The notes under the pieces are model-generated. The model saw only the letters and a program-made list of their open reading frames with translations. It searched no databases and was not told where the DNA came from. From positions 2,579 through 66,578 of the forward strand of contig CAKOXC010000004.1 of NCBI GenBank assembly GCA_934129945.1: DNA of 64,000 nt, in the 5' to 3' direction. Each line of letters starts with the position of its first letter. Within the stretch, counting starts at the first letter, position 1. Below, in pieces: positions 1 through 9,680 of the stretch. The stretch is from an uncultured Bacilli bacterium (lineage in GTDB: Bacteria > Bacillota_I > Bacilli_A > RF39 > UBA660). The position numbers were made by a program, and so were the translations under genes.

Positions 1-62
1 GCTTATATAAATAATGAAAAAAACTCCTAGACATATTATAAAATAAGAAGGGAGTTTTTATT

Positions 63-254
63 ATGTATCCAAATAATTATCAATATGAAGACAGACAATT
101 TTTCTTTCCTTTTTTAGTCGGAGCAGTAACAGGTGGGGCAGCAGTTGGGTTAACAAGACCAAGACCTGTATATGTAAATCAACCATATTACCCTAATTAT
201 AATTATCCTTATGGTTATTCATCATATGGTTATTATTATCCTAGATATTATTAG
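63..254 (+). CDS. Small Tyr/Pro/Asn-rich protein with a central Gly/Ala hydrophobic segment; hypothetical (composition reminiscent of spore-coat/YjcZ-like proteins)
   Basis: ORF with AGGGAG RBS upstream; extreme Tyr content (YYPNYNYPYGYSSYGYYYPRYY tail); no recognisable catalytic motif. Confidence 0.3.
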   Translation: MYPNNYQYEDRQFFFPFLVGAVTGGAAVGLTRPRPVYVNQPYYPNYNYPYGYSSYGYYYPRYY

Positions 255-1344
255 TTTTTAATCTTAAGATAATTGCTATATAAAGAGAGAATACTACTAA
301 TGATGAACCACCATACGATAAAAATGGAAGACATATTCCCATTATTGGAAGATATCCAATGTTCATAAATATATTGTATAATTGACTAAAAATAAAAACA
401 CTTATAAAGCCACTAGTAAATAACTTAGTGGTTTTATTTTTTGTTTTAAAAATAGAATTAATAAAATATGTATCAATTATAAAATAACATATAATTATAA
501 CTAAACTACAAATAAAACCCATACTACTAACAGCAACAGAAAAAGCAAAATCAGTAGCGGCTTCAGGGATATATATACTTGCCTTATTAATTCCATATCC
601 CCAAATATTTCCATTACCAATAGCAATTAAAGCATTATTAAGTTGCATATTATTTTTCAAATTAAATATTCGATCCATTCGATAAAAAAATGTTGTACCA
701 ATTAAATTAATTAAAGTATCTTGTTTAAAATAAAATAAATAGAAAAATGAGCTTATAAATAAAGCAACTAAAATAAAAATTAATAAAAACCACCATTTAC
801 TAATATCTGATGAAAATAACATAAATAAAGTAATAATTCCTAAAAAAATAATTGCTCCAGTATCAGGTTCTAAGAATATTAAAATACTTGGTATTAAAAA
901 TATTATTAAAACTTTTAACAAGAAAATAAAATCAGTTTTGATATTTTTTCTTTTATATTTTTTTATAATAGTAGTTAAATATAAAGTATAACTTAGCTTC
1001 ATAAATTCACTTGGTTGAAAAGCAATGAAACCAAGGTTAAACCAAGCTCTTGCCCCATTAACAGTATTTCCAAATTTTAAGACTAATAAAAGTAATAAAA
1101 CATTAAATAAGTAAATTATATTAGAAAATTTAAATAACAATTTTATATTTGGAAGAAATAAAATAATTATAATAGAAATAAAGTACCAAATCATTTGTTT
1201 ATTTAAATGATTTACATATATTTTAGAAATATATCTGGAATTATACATGGTTAAAAAACTAATAACCATGAGTATTATTAGAGGAACAAATAATATTAAG
1301 TTTTTCTTATTTAATATTTTTTTCATATAATTATTATGTCTCAT
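241..1344 (-). CDS. SEDS-family peptidoglycan glycosyltransferase (FtsW/RodA/SpoVE family)
   Basis: 367 aa polytopic membrane protein; length and TM-rich composition match the SEDS family; C-terminal GGSS..V pattern typical of FtsW/RodA. Confidence 0.75.
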   Translation of the reverse strand: MRHNNYMKKILNKKNLILFVPLIILMVISFLTMYNSRYISKIYVNHLNKQMIWYFISIIIILFLPNIKLLFKFSNIIYLFNVLLLLLVLKFGNTVNGARAWFNLGFIAFQPSEFMKLSYTLYLTTIIKKYKRKNIKTDFIFLLKVLIIFLIPSILIFLEPDTGAIIFLGIITLFMLFSSDISKWWFLLIFILVALFISSFFYLFYFKQDTLINLIGTTFFYRMDRIFNLKNNMQLNNALIAIGNGNIWGYGINKASIYIPEAATDFAFSVAVSSMGFICSLVIIICYFIIDTYFINSIFKTKNKTTKLFTSGFISVFIFSQLYNIFMNIGYLPIMGICLPFLSYGGSSLVVFSLYIAIILRLKTNNI

Positions 1345-1382
1345 ATTTGGACTTTTATCATAGAATATAGTGAGGTGCTACT

Positions 1383-1679
1383 ATGAATAAAGAATTACCA
1401 AAAGTATTTGCTAATAAGATAGACAAAAAAATTAATAATTCCCAAGATATCTTTTATGAAGAAGAAAAGAAGAGTGAAATAAATGACGTTAGAAATATAG
1501 GTAGAAAAATATCTGATATATTTAATTCTTCTAATTTTGTTTATAAAAGTAAGGTTAAGATCACGACATATGATAAGACATTTACCAAAACTATTGTTGG
1601 TAGAAAGAATAATTATTTATTAACAATGGATAACGAAGCAATTAATATAGATAACATTTTAGATATAGAACAAATATAA
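1383..1679 (+). CDS. Hypothetical protein
   Basis: 98 aa ORF with GGTG RBS-like sequence upstream; no recognisable motif. Confidence 0.35.
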   Translation: MNKELPKVFANKIDKKINNSQDIFYEEEKKSEINDVRNIGRKISDIFNSSNFVYKSKVKITTYDKTFTKTIVGRKNNYLLTMDNEAINIDNILDIEQI

Positions 1680-1701
1680 AAATATAGCTTTCGCTATATT
1701 T

Positions 1702-2019
1702 TTATATGATTTCATCAATATATTTTTTTAATACTCTTGCATCTTTGCCAAAAATTATTTTTAATTGATTATCAATTTCAACTATTCCTTTAGCTCCAAG
1801 TTTTTGAATGGCGTCTTTATCAACTTTTGAAATATCTTTTAAAATAACTTTGAAACGTGACATGTTGCATTCAGCATTAATAATATTATCTTTTCCACCA
1901 AGGTATCCAATCAATTTATTAGCTTCAACACTAAAGTCTTTTTTCATTAATTTAATGACTATTAATGAAATAATTAATAAAGCTAAAATGATAATACCAT
2001 ATTCTATTACCTTATCCAT
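1702..2019 (-). CDS. Membrane-anchored stand-alone PTS EIIB (glucose-type) domain protein
   Basis: N-terminal TM helix, then NIINAECNMSRFKV...KVDKDAIQKLGAKGIVE...IFGKDA, which matches the EIIB-Glc fold including the phospho-Cys position. Confidence 0.6.
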   Translation of the reverse strand: MDKVIEYGIIILALLIISLIVIKLMKKDFSVEANKLIGYLGGKDNIINAECNMSRFKVILKDISKVDKDAIQKLGAKGIVEIDNQLKIIFGKDARVLKKYIDEII

Positions 2020-2108
2020 TTTATCACCTATTAAAATTATACTATAAATATAAAAAAAAAGAAATAACTAAAACAATCACTATTTTGGAAATTTAACATA
2101 AATTAATA

Positions 2109-2573
2109 ATGAGAATACATGAAAGGGTGAAAGATATGTGCAATAACAATAATAAATCAAGTTCTAGTTGTATTGCTGAAATATTAAACGTTATTTTAGT
2201 ATTACAACAAAATGCATGTCCTGACAGTTGTTTGGATTCATGTGACAGACCATCTTTAGGAGGAGGTCCAAATTGCTTAATTTGTAATACAAGACCAATA
2301 ATGTTATATACATGTTGTTCAAATAGTACACCACTTAGCATGCCAACAACTAAAGATTTACCAGCAACTAATGCTGAAGGACAATTATGTTCATGCGTAT
2401 TTAGAGTAGAAAAAGTAGATGGAAATTGCTGTACATGTAGAGTGCTTGCTGATAATCCTGATACTGCAAGTATTAATCCATATATAGCAACAAACTCATT
2501 CTTCACAATTGACTTAGGTTGTGTTTGTTGTATAAAATGCTTAACTGATACTTATATAGAATGTGTTTGCTAA
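2109..2573 (+). CDS. CotY/CotZ-family cysteine-rich spore coat/exosporium protein
   Basis: SCIAEILNVILVLQQNACPDSC...VFRVEKVDGNCCTCRVL...IDLGCVCCIKCL parallels B. subtilis CotZ/CotY (CVCDAVEKILAEQE...FFRVEKL.DCCATL...DLGCFCAIQCL). Confidence 0.7.
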   Translation: MRIHERVKDMCNNNNKSSSSCIAEILNVILVLQQNACPDSCLDSCDRPSLGGGPNCLICNTRPIMLYTCCSNSTPLSMPTTKDLPATNAEGQLCSCVFRVEKVDGNCCTCRVLADNPDTASINPYIATNSFFTIDLGCVCCIKCLTDTYIECVC

Positions 2574-2575
2574 TA

Positions 2576-2608
2576 AAAAAAGACTTTCAAAAACAAGTCT
2601 TTTTTTAA
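2576..2608. terminator. Bidirectional rho-independent terminator between convergent genes
   Basis: Hairpin AGACTT-loop-AAGTCT flanked by an A-run on one side and a T-run on the other. Confidence 0.6.
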
Positions 2609-3447
2609 TTGTTATAAAGTCTAAATAAATCAATACTTGGACGATTATTAAATCTAAATTTATAATCTTGCGTACCAATACCGCTATTAACATACATTTT
2701 TATATTACCAACATTATATACCCCTTTAGTATAATTATCAGAGCCTTTTAAATGAATTAAACCACCAACAAAAGGAATATTAATTAATCCTCCAAGAGAG
2801 TGAGAAGTAAATAAAACATTTACTTTATAATCTTTTATTTTATTTACTATAGTAGGTTCATGAGCAATTAAAATCGTAAAATAATCATTCTCATCACCTA
2901 AAATAGTAAAGGCACTATTATAATCTATTTTACTTTTTAAAATAGATGTTGTTCCTACTATTTTAATTGGAACAGTGTTTTTATAATATACTAGTTCATT
3001 AGAATTATCTAAAATAGTAAAATTAGCATATTTAAATATGGTTTCAAAATCAGTTAAATTACTATAATCTTGATCACCTTTAACAGCATATTTATTTACA
3101 GTATTATCAATTTTACTAAGTTCTTCTTTTAAAGAATTAACATCATTTTCTGTTATTTTAATTGAATTATCAAATAAATCTCCAGCAAAGATAATTAAAT
3201 CTGGTTTCAACTGGTTAATTTTATTAACCAGTTGTTTTATATCTTTTAATGAAGTAGTATTGCCATAATGAATATCAGCAAATTCTACTATTTTAAATCC
3301 TTCAAAAGAAGTTGGAATATCGTTATCAACAACTGGAGTTTCAATTACTTTAACTCCAGTCGTTCCAATATATCTTGCATATAAAACAAAACAAACTATT
3401 ACCAATACTATAAAAATTAAAAAACTTATAATTTTCTTCTTTTTCAT
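2605..3447 (-). CDS. Membrane-anchored calcineurin-like metallophosphoesterase
   Basis: N-terminal TM; motifs FADIHYG, FAGDLFD and GDQDY are typical metallophosphatase motifs I-III; HSLGGLINIP near the C-terminus. Confidence 0.7.
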   Translation of the reverse strand: MKKKKIISFLIFIVLVIVCFVLYARYIGTTGVKVIETPVVDNDIPTSFEGFKIVEFADIHYGNTTSLKDIKQLVNKINQLKPDLIIFAGDLFDNSIKITENDVNSLKEELSKIDNTVNKYAVKGDQDYSNLTDFETIFKYANFTILDNSNELVYYKNTVPIKIVGTTSILKSKIDYNSAFTILGDENDYFTILIAHEPTIVNKIKDYKVNVLFTSHSLGGLINIPFVGGLIHLKGSDNYTKGVYNVGNIKMYVNSGIGTQDYKFRFNNRPSIDLFRLYNN

Positions 3448-3455
3448 AATTCACC

Positions 3456-4157
3456 TTACATTGCTACAAGTATTAAAAATACTGTTAGGGCATTGTGTAA
3501 CATATGAATACACATTGTTGTACAAATATTATCAGTTTCATAATAAGCTTTAGCAAATGCACATCCTAAAGCACTATAAGGAATAATATAAAGAACTTGA
3601 ATCCAGTTTTTTAGCATTTCAGCAAATTGCATTCCTTCAAAAGCAGTATAAACATGAAGTCCTCCAAAAAGTAGTCCTGAAAATATACAATAAGGTAAAC
3701 ATTTACTAAAAGCTTTTCTAAAACCTAGTCTAAATACTATTTCTTCAACTAATGGTCCAACAAAGACCATTGCTATAACAGAATAAATGGGATACATTTT
3801 TAAATATTCACGATTTACAGATTCATTAGTTGGAAGACCACCACTAATAAGATTAATTACTAAATTAGAAGTAACCATTACTAAAAATCCAACAAAGTAA
3901 TATTTAAATCCTGTATCTAAATTCTTTTTATAATCAGTTTTAAATTTTTTAATATCATTAATAATTGTTTTTCTAAATATAAAGAATAAAATTAAGAATA
4001 TAATTATTTCTGCTAAAGATAAGTAAATATTACTAACCATTTTAGAAGAAGACTTAAAATTAGGACCAAAGATTAAACCAAGTATTATTGGTAATGCCTT
4101 AAAATATAATAAAAATACTAATATTCCAATTAAAAAGTTTTTTATTTTTTCTTTCAT
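3456..4157 (-). CDS. CPBP-family (CAAX/Abi) intramembrane metalloprotease
   Basis: Polytopic protein; EEIVFRLGF (EExxxR motif) and FGGLH (FxxxH motif) are diagnostic of CPBP proteases. Confidence 0.75.
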   Translation of the reverse strand: MKEKIKNFLIGILVFLLYFKALPIILGLIFGPNFKSSSKMVSNIYLSLAEIIIFLILFFIFRKTIINDIKKFKTDYKKNLDTGFKYYFVGFLVMVTSNLVINLISGGLPTNESVNREYLKMYPIYSVIAMVFVGPLVEEIVFRLGFRKAFSKCLPYCIFSGLLFGGLHVYTAFEGMQFAEMLKNWIQVLYIIPYSALGCAFAKAYYETDNICTTMCIHMLHNALTVFLILVAM

Positions 4158-4160
4158 ATT

Positions 4161-4613
4161 TTATTCTCCCTTAATATATCCAAGTTTTTGTAATTTAGCT
4201 ATAAGTTTATCAGAAGTAGTATCACCACTAATTCTATTTAATGTAGTTTCTTCTTCACCATTTTTATAAAATACAGTAGTAGGGGTACCACTGATACTTG
4301 CAATAGCATTAACTTTTGCAATATCAGTAGATTTTACTTTAGTTAAATTTAAATCATAGATTTTAATATTATATTTATTACTTACTTCTTTTAACACTGG
4401 AGCATAAGACTCACAATGACTACAACCATCTTGAGTAAATACTAAAACAAATGAATCTTTATTATTTATTTTTTTTTCCAGTTCATCTACATCAATATAA
4501 ACTATATTACCATCATTTTTAACATTATTACTTGTTTTACTTGCAAAATAAAAAACTCCAAAAATTGCAATTATTCCTAAAATTACACCTGTTATTATTA
4601 ATTTATTTTTCAT
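4161..4613 (-). CDS. Membrane-anchored thioredoxin-fold thiol-disulfide oxidoreductase
   Basis: N-terminal TM; CSHC (CxxC) active site in a thioredoxin-like sequence context. Confidence 0.7.
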   Translation of the reverse strand: MKNKLIITGVILGIIAIFGVFYFASKTSNNVKNDGNIVYIDVDELEKKINNKDSFVLVFTQDGCSHCESYAPVLKEVSNKYNIKIYDLNLTKVKSTDIAKVNAIASISGTPTTVFYKNGEEETTLNRISGDTTSDKLIAKLQKLGYIKGE

Positions 4614-4751
4614 TATACTATCACCATTAAAAATATATCATAAATCATTAATCTAGGCAATTATTTTAAGTAATTTAACAAATGATATTTACTTGAAAAT
4701 ACTATGTTCTTGTGCTACAATAAGACCATAGAAATTTAGGTTGGTGATATT

Positions 4752-5504
4752 ATGCGAAAAAATGCAAAGTATATCTTAGTATCTTTGCTGTCATTTTGTT
4801 TTGCAGTAAATGTTAATGCTGCAGAATGTAGTTATGAAAAACAGGTTGAACTTAATAATATTGCATCTACTGTAAAAGCAACTTATGAGGCGGTTGATAT
4901 TGATACAGGAAAAACAGTTAGTTATGTCGATGAAGATGGAATTATTGATACTGATAGACAGGTTCCAGTTAAAGAAAAAGGTTTTAATGTTAAGATATTA
5001 AATCTTACTGAAAATCTATCAATTAAAGTAACTAATGAAACAGAAGGAACAACAAATTATTACTATTATTCAGATTCTGATAACGGTACTATTACTTTAA
5101 GTTCTAAAGTTGCAGATAGAATTTATACATATACAATTACTGTATATGGCACAAAAGATTCATGTGAAGGAATAGAACTACGAAGTTTAAATCTTATAAC
5201 ACCAAAATATAATACATATTCTGATTATTCTTTTTGTAAAGAATATCCAAATTTTGATTATTGTCAAGAATATGTAGTTGATGATAGTTTTAATTTAGAA
5301 GACTTCATTAATAAATCAGCAGCTTATAAAGAAACACAAGATTCTAAAAATAGTAAAGATAATCAAAAAGATAAAGATAATAATAAATCAAATTTTTTTA
5401 AAGAGAATAAAAAATTATTAATTGTATGTGGATCAATCATATTAATAGTGGGGGTTACTACTACTGTGATTATTATCATAAGAAAAAGGAGTAGATTAAT
5501 ATGA
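4752..5504 (+). CDS. Secreted surface protein with C-terminal TM anchor and basic tail; first gene of the pilus/T4SS-like cluster
   Basis: Signal peptide ...VNVNA/AECSY; C-terminal LLIVCGSIILIVGVTTTVIIIIRKRSRLI; the N-terminal ECSY module is shared with the 19346 ORF. Confidence 0.5.
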   Translation: MRKNAKYILVSLLSFCFAVNVNAAECSYEKQVELNNIASTVKATYEAVDIDTGKTVSYVDEDGIIDTDRQVPVKEKGFNVKILNLTENLSIKVTNETEGTTNYYYYSDSDNGTITLSSKVADRIYTYTITVYGTKDSCEGIELRSLNLITPKYNTYSDYSFCKEYPNFDYCQEYVVDDSFNLEDFINKSAAYKETQDSKNSKDNQKDKDNNKSNFFKENKKLLIVCGSIILIVGVTTTVIIIIRKRSRLI

Positions 5505-8332
5505 AAAATATTTTTAAATATATAGGAGTTATGGGTATAGTTGGATTTGTGTCATTATCTAATATAAATGCTTCAACTGTAAGTGTTGAACCAAAGCCTG
5601 GACATGACACAAAGTTTGGATATAAAACTCAAACTCAAACTTTACATACTGAAAATTGTACATATAATATATATTGTCTTGATAAAGGATTACCAAATCA
5701 AAGATCATTTGATGGTTGTAGTATATCAGATGTAACTACTACTGCATTTGGACAAGTAACAGGTGATCATGATTCTAAAGAATACCAGTATAGAGTCATA
5801 GCTAATAACTCTGGTTTAGTAAGAGTTAATTATGCTGATAAAGCTGTGTCAGTATTAAGCCCAGCAGCGCATGGATATGGCAATTTGACTAATAAGACTG
5901 TAAAAAAAAGCGAAATGAAAGAGGCAAATGGAAGCGTATCATATACAACATCTAGTGCTAATGGTTATGGTACTGTAAACGCAACTATAAATCTTGGAAA
6001 AGCTGGTTATGGAGATAAATTTTATATTTCTAGAGGATCAGGAGTTTTAAATGCTATTGATAATGGAAATGGTAGTTATTCTTTAACTATTACTCAAATT
6101 CCAATTGCTGAATGTCAAGGTGCAGAGATTGTTGTAAAAGTAAGAGGAATTTCTTCAAGTTCTTCTAAAGACAGTTCATCAAGTAGTATTTCAATTACAC
6201 CAGGAACAGTTTACTATGTTGACTGTAATGATAAAGATAGACAAAGCTATATACTAGAAATACCTAGTTCTAATCCTAACAGTAGTGGAACTGCTTCAAC
6301 AGTTACATGTGATATAAATGATATTACAAAAAGCTCAACAGGTGGTTTGTCATTCACTTTTACAGTTCCTGATGATGATTGCAACTGTAAAGGTACAACT
6401 ACAATGACAGGAGAATGTGATTCAAACGGTGAAGTTCGAGATTTAGAAGATGAAAACAATTTAAAATCTTGTATTAAACAAGGAGGATTTGCTAGCTATT
6501 GTAATACAAATTTGCAAAAGAAGACTGATGATAATTCTAATAAAAAAGGTAACGTTTTAAGTGAAACAAAGCCTGGGAGTTCTGTAACTTTAACAGATAA
6601 TAATTATTGTAAAGTATATTGTTTAGAAAAGATAGATTTTAATTTACCTGGTACAATAAATACAGATAATGGAAGTTATTTCAAATTGAAAAAAGATTGG
6701 AATAAAGCTAATGATAGTGGAACGAATATGAGTATAAAAGGTACAAGAACTTGTTATACTTCTGAGATTAAAAAGAAGGAATTCATTGAAAAAACTAAGT
6801 CTTTACAAATAAGTATTCGTGATAGTTGGAATGAATATCAAAAAAATAAGAAAAAACAAGAGATAGTTGATAATGCAGGTAAGTATAAAAAAAGTGGTAC
6901 AAAGGATTGTACTTATCCTACTACAGAAGTGCAATATGTTAAAGATGCAAAGGGAAATCTCGTAAAGAATGCTGATGGAACTTATAAAACGACAACTGTA
7001 AATACGACAGGAACAAAACCAAATCCATATACATATTATGAAGCAACTAATGTTAGTTATCCATACGAAAAGGGTACATCAGATGGGGATGGAACATGGA
7101 ATTCTAAATTAGGTACAGATACAGTTAGCTTGACTTGGGGAAATAATCCAACATGTAATGCTGATGGAACTATAACAGAAGATACAGCAAAACCTGAAAT
7201 TACATTAACTACAGAATATGCTAGTCTTTTAAATGATTTAGCTAGTGAAATTCAAAAATATAAATCATGTACTGAATGGAATAATAATTATTGTTTTGAT
7301 CCTGATATAAGTTTTAGTTATGACGAAGTTTATAATAATTTAGTATCTGGTAAAATTGATAAAATAGTTTCAGAAGTTTCAAATCAGACAATTCATTATA
7401 CTAGTGTTAACAATGATTATAAAGATGGAGATAAAACTGACGGTAAAAAAACAGTTCAAAAATATATTTATGTAAATGACACTACTAGTCGTACTCAAAC
7501 TTCTGATATTGATTTAAATACTATTTATATGAAGCAAGAAGTTGTTAAAAAAGCAACTTATAAAGATGCTACAAAGGAAATATATACTTATCATCCATTT
7601 GGAACAATTGTTATTGATAAAAATACAGTAGAGAAAAAAGAAAACTTAAGAAGTTTAGGATATGCTTTCCCAATTGCTTTACAACATGATCCAGATACTG
7701 GAATTTATAATTACTATTTAGCAATTTCTAATATCGGTGTTGGTGGTGATGACGCTGGTGAGTGTAGATATACTAATAAAATAATTGGTGATAGTTGTTC
7801 AATATTTAATACAAAAACTGAAGCAGAGACAGGTAAAGAGTATGTATGCCAATATAAAACAAAGAAATGTCCTGAATGCGAAGTTGAATGTGTTTGCCCA
7901 GATGGTTCTACAAACTGTTATGTTGAAAATAAAGTTTGTAAATTTAAAGAATGTGAAGATTGTAAAGTTGAATGTATAGGTACATGTGTTTGGAATGATG
8001 GAGACACAACAATTTCATATAAAACTATATCTTTAGATGATGTTTATCAAGACGACACACAAATTGGTGGAAACTGGACAGAAGAAGATGTTAAGGCTAT
8101 CCAAGATAAAGGCCAAACAATTTATGAAAATAAACCTGTATTTAAAATTGAATTAACACCTTCACTTATGAATAAAATAAGACAATATAACGAAGATAAT
8201 AAAGAATATAGTAATGATACATTAAGTTGTAGCAATAAGAATTCAAGTGGTGAATATTATTGTACAAGTAGTTTCTTGAAAGATTTTTTAAGTAAGCAAC
8301 ATGCAAATTATACAGATTTTGATAGAAAATAA
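5501..8332 (+). CDS. Large (943 aa) secreted Cys-rich protein, putative pilus-associated adhesin/tip protein
   Basis: Signal peptide; many Cys including CPECEVECVCPDGSTNCYVENKVCKFKECEDCKVEC near the C-terminus; no sortase motif; 4-nt overlap with the upstream gene. Confidence 0.5.
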   Translation: MKNIFKYIGVMGIVGFVSLSNINASTVSVEPKPGHDTKFGYKTQTQTLHTENCTYNIYCLDKGLPNQRSFDGCSISDVTTTAFGQVTGDHDSKEYQYRVIANNSGLVRVNYADKAVSVLSPAAHGYGNLTNKTVKKSEMKEANGSVSYTTSSANGYGTVNATINLGKAGYGDKFYISRGSGVLNAIDNGNGSYSLTITQIPIAECQGAEIVVKVRGISSSSSKDSSSSSISITPGTVYYVDCNDKDRQSYILEIPSSNPNSSGTASTVTCDINDITKSSTGGLSFTFTVPDDDCNCKGTTTMTGECDSNGEVRDLEDENNLKSCIKQGGFASYCNTNLQKKTDDNSNKKGNVLSETKPGSSVTLTDNNYCKVYCLEKIDFNLPGTINTDNGSYFKLKKDWNKANDSGTNMSIKGTRTCYTSEIKKKEFIEKTKSLQISIRDSWNEYQKNKKKQEIVDNAGKYKKSGTKDCTYPTTEVQYVKDAKGNLVKNADGTYKTTTVNTTGTKPNPYTYYEATNVSYPYEKGTSDGDGTWNSKLGTDTVSLTWGNNPTCNADGTITEDTAKPEITLTTEYASLLNDLASEIQKYKSCTEWNNNYCFDPDISFSYDEVYNNLVSGKIDKIVSEVSNQTIHYTSVNNDYKDGDKTDGKKTVQKYIYVNDTTSRTQTSDIDLNTIYMKQEVVKKATYKDATKEIYTYHPFGTIVIDKNTVEKKENLRSLGYAFPIALQHDPDTGIYNYYLAISNIGVGGDDAGECRYTNKIIGDSCSIFNTKTEAETGKEYVCQYKTKKCPECEVECVCPDGSTNCYVENKVCKFKECEDCKVECIGTCVWNDGDTTISYKTISLDDVYQDDTQIGGNWTEEDVKAIQDKGQTIYENKPVFKIELTPSLMNKIRQYNEDNKEYSNDTLSCSNKNSSGEYYCTSSFLKDFLSKQHANYTDFDRK

Positions 8333-8352
8333 CGGAAAGGATTGAATAATAA

Positions 8353-8766
8353 ATGAAAGAAGTTTATTGGGGATATTGGTTAATAGTTTTAGGTGTATTT
8401 ATAACTGTGGTTATGATGATGATAACTAATGTTACAACTTCTAGTACTCAAGATTATTATTTAATCAAAGAAGTTACGGAAGCTTCAATGTTTGATGCTG
8501 TAGATTTAGCTACTTATAGAGAAAATCAAACCTTAAAAATTAATCAAGAAAAATTTGTTGAAAGTTTTATTAGAAGATTTTCTGAAAATGTAAGTTTATC
8601 AACAACATATAATATTGAATTCTACGCAATTCAAGAGCAGCCACCAAAAGTTAGTGTTAAAGTATCGAGTAAATCAAGTGTATTTACAATATCTGGAGAT
8701 AGTAAAAGTTTTGATTTAGTTGATAAAGTTGATGGTATTCTTGAATTACCTAATAATAATAAATAA
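8353..8766 (+). CDS. Bitopic membrane protein (N-terminal TM, extracytoplasmic domain), unknown; minor pilin or assembly factor candidate
   Basis: GGA RBS; YWGYWLIVLGVFITVVMMMI TM helix then soluble domain. Confidence 0.4.
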   Translation: MKEVYWGYWLIVLGVFITVVMMMITNVTTSSTQDYYLIKEVTEASMFDAVDLATYRENQTLKINQEKFVESFIRRFSENVSLSTTYNIEFYAIQEQPPKVSVKVSSKSSVFTISGDSKSFDLVDKVDGILELPNNNK

Positions 8767-8789
8767 AAAGGAATAAAAAGGAGGAAATA

Positions 8790-9647
8790 ATGGCAAATTT
8801 ATTAACAACAATTAAAAGATTTTTAGGTAATAAGAATACAGTAACAATTTTAGGAGTTATAGCCGGTGTATTAGTTATATACATTGGCTATAATTGGCGT
8901 GTAAAGCAAGCTATTAAACCTGTTACTGTACCTTATGCTAAAGTAGAAATATCTTCAAGAACTCAAATTACAGAAGATATGATTGGTTATATGGAGGTAT
9001 CAAGTAGTTTAGTTAACAATAGTCCTAACTTAATACAAAATGCTAGTCAAATAATCAATAATTATGCTGCTTATGGAGTAACTATCCCTGCAAATAGTTT
9101 ATTCTATACATCAGCTATAATGACTGAATCAGAAATGCCTGATTCTGCATTTGCAAATATTCCGGATGGATATACAATTTATTCATTATCTGTAGATTTA
9201 CATGATACATATGGAAACTCAATATACCCTGGTAATTATATTGATTTATATTTAAAAGCTACTGATGATAGTGGAAAAATTATATTTGGTAAATTAATTG
9301 AAAGTATTGAAGTATTAGCTGTAAAAGATAGTCAAGGAAATCATGTTTTTGAAACTACTGTAGAATCAAGAACACCTGCAGAATTATTATTTGCAGTACC
9401 TGATGATATGTACTTATTATTAATGAAAGCTGGATATGTTTCTGGTGGAGTGGATATACTTCCAGTACCAAGAAATGCATCATATTCTGCTAATCCTGGT
9501 GAAACTTCAGTTGCATCAGATTATATTAAGAACTTTATCTTATCTAAAACAGCAACAATCCCTGATAATGTTGTAACTAATACTACAAATAACAGTAATA
9601 CAAATAATGATAATACTACAAACAACAATAATAATAATAACGATTAA
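8790..9647 (+). CDS. cpaB: Flp pilus assembly protein CpaB (SAF + RcpC domains) with Asn-rich low-complexity C-terminal tail
   Basis: N-terminal TM; VTVPYAKVEISSRTQITEDMI (SAF-like); YSLSVDL...YPGNYIDLYL...IEVLAVKD...TPAELLFAVPDDMYLLLMKAGYVSGGVDILPVPR matches the CpaB core. Confidence 0.75.
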   Translation: MANLLTTIKRFLGNKNTVTILGVIAGVLVIYIGYNWRVKQAIKPVTVPYAKVEISSRTQITEDMIGYMEVSSSLVNNSPNLIQNASQIINNYAAYGVTIPANSLFYTSAIMTESEMPDSAFANIPDGYTIYSLSVDLHDTYGNSIYPGNYIDLYLKATDDSGKIIFGKLIESIEVLAVKDSQGNHVFETTVESRTPAELLFAVPDDMYLLLMKAGYVSGGVDILPVPRNASYSANPGETSVASDYIKNFILSKTATIPDNVVTNTTNNSNTNNDNTTNNNNNNND

Positions 9648-9680
9648 TATGATTTAAAGAATAAAAAAGGAGGTGATTTT

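Noticed and set aside
1808-2047. 79-aa plus-strand ORF overlapping the PTS EIIB-like gene
   Set aside because: Antisense shadow ORF. The minus-strand product has the recognisable EIIB motif.
2093-2506. 137-aa ORF on the minus strand fully overlapping the CotY/CotZ-like gene
   Set aside because: It is the antisense of a gene with strong family motifs, and there is no RBS or motif support of its own. It is a frame artefact of Cys-codon-rich sequence.
3456-4157. CPBP protease as the missing prepilin peptidase
   Set aside because: CPBP enzymes are Glu/His metalloproteases, not the di-aspartyl A24 family. The gene is on the opposite strand and outside the operon.
6247-6459. Short ORFs embedded in or antisense to larger genes (also 7785-7979, 10327-10512, 20602-20943, 21724-21990, 22128-22358, 24379-24609, 25962-26267, 26015-26197, 32657-32845, 33826-34110, 41164-41385, 42094-42276, 44499-44684, 49809-50147, 51808-52038, 53817-54050, 55850-56098, 57541-57768, 60282-60521)
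   Set aside because: All lie inside well-supported longer coding regions, mostly on the opposite strand or in alternative frames of AT-rich sequence. None has independent motif or RBS evidence.
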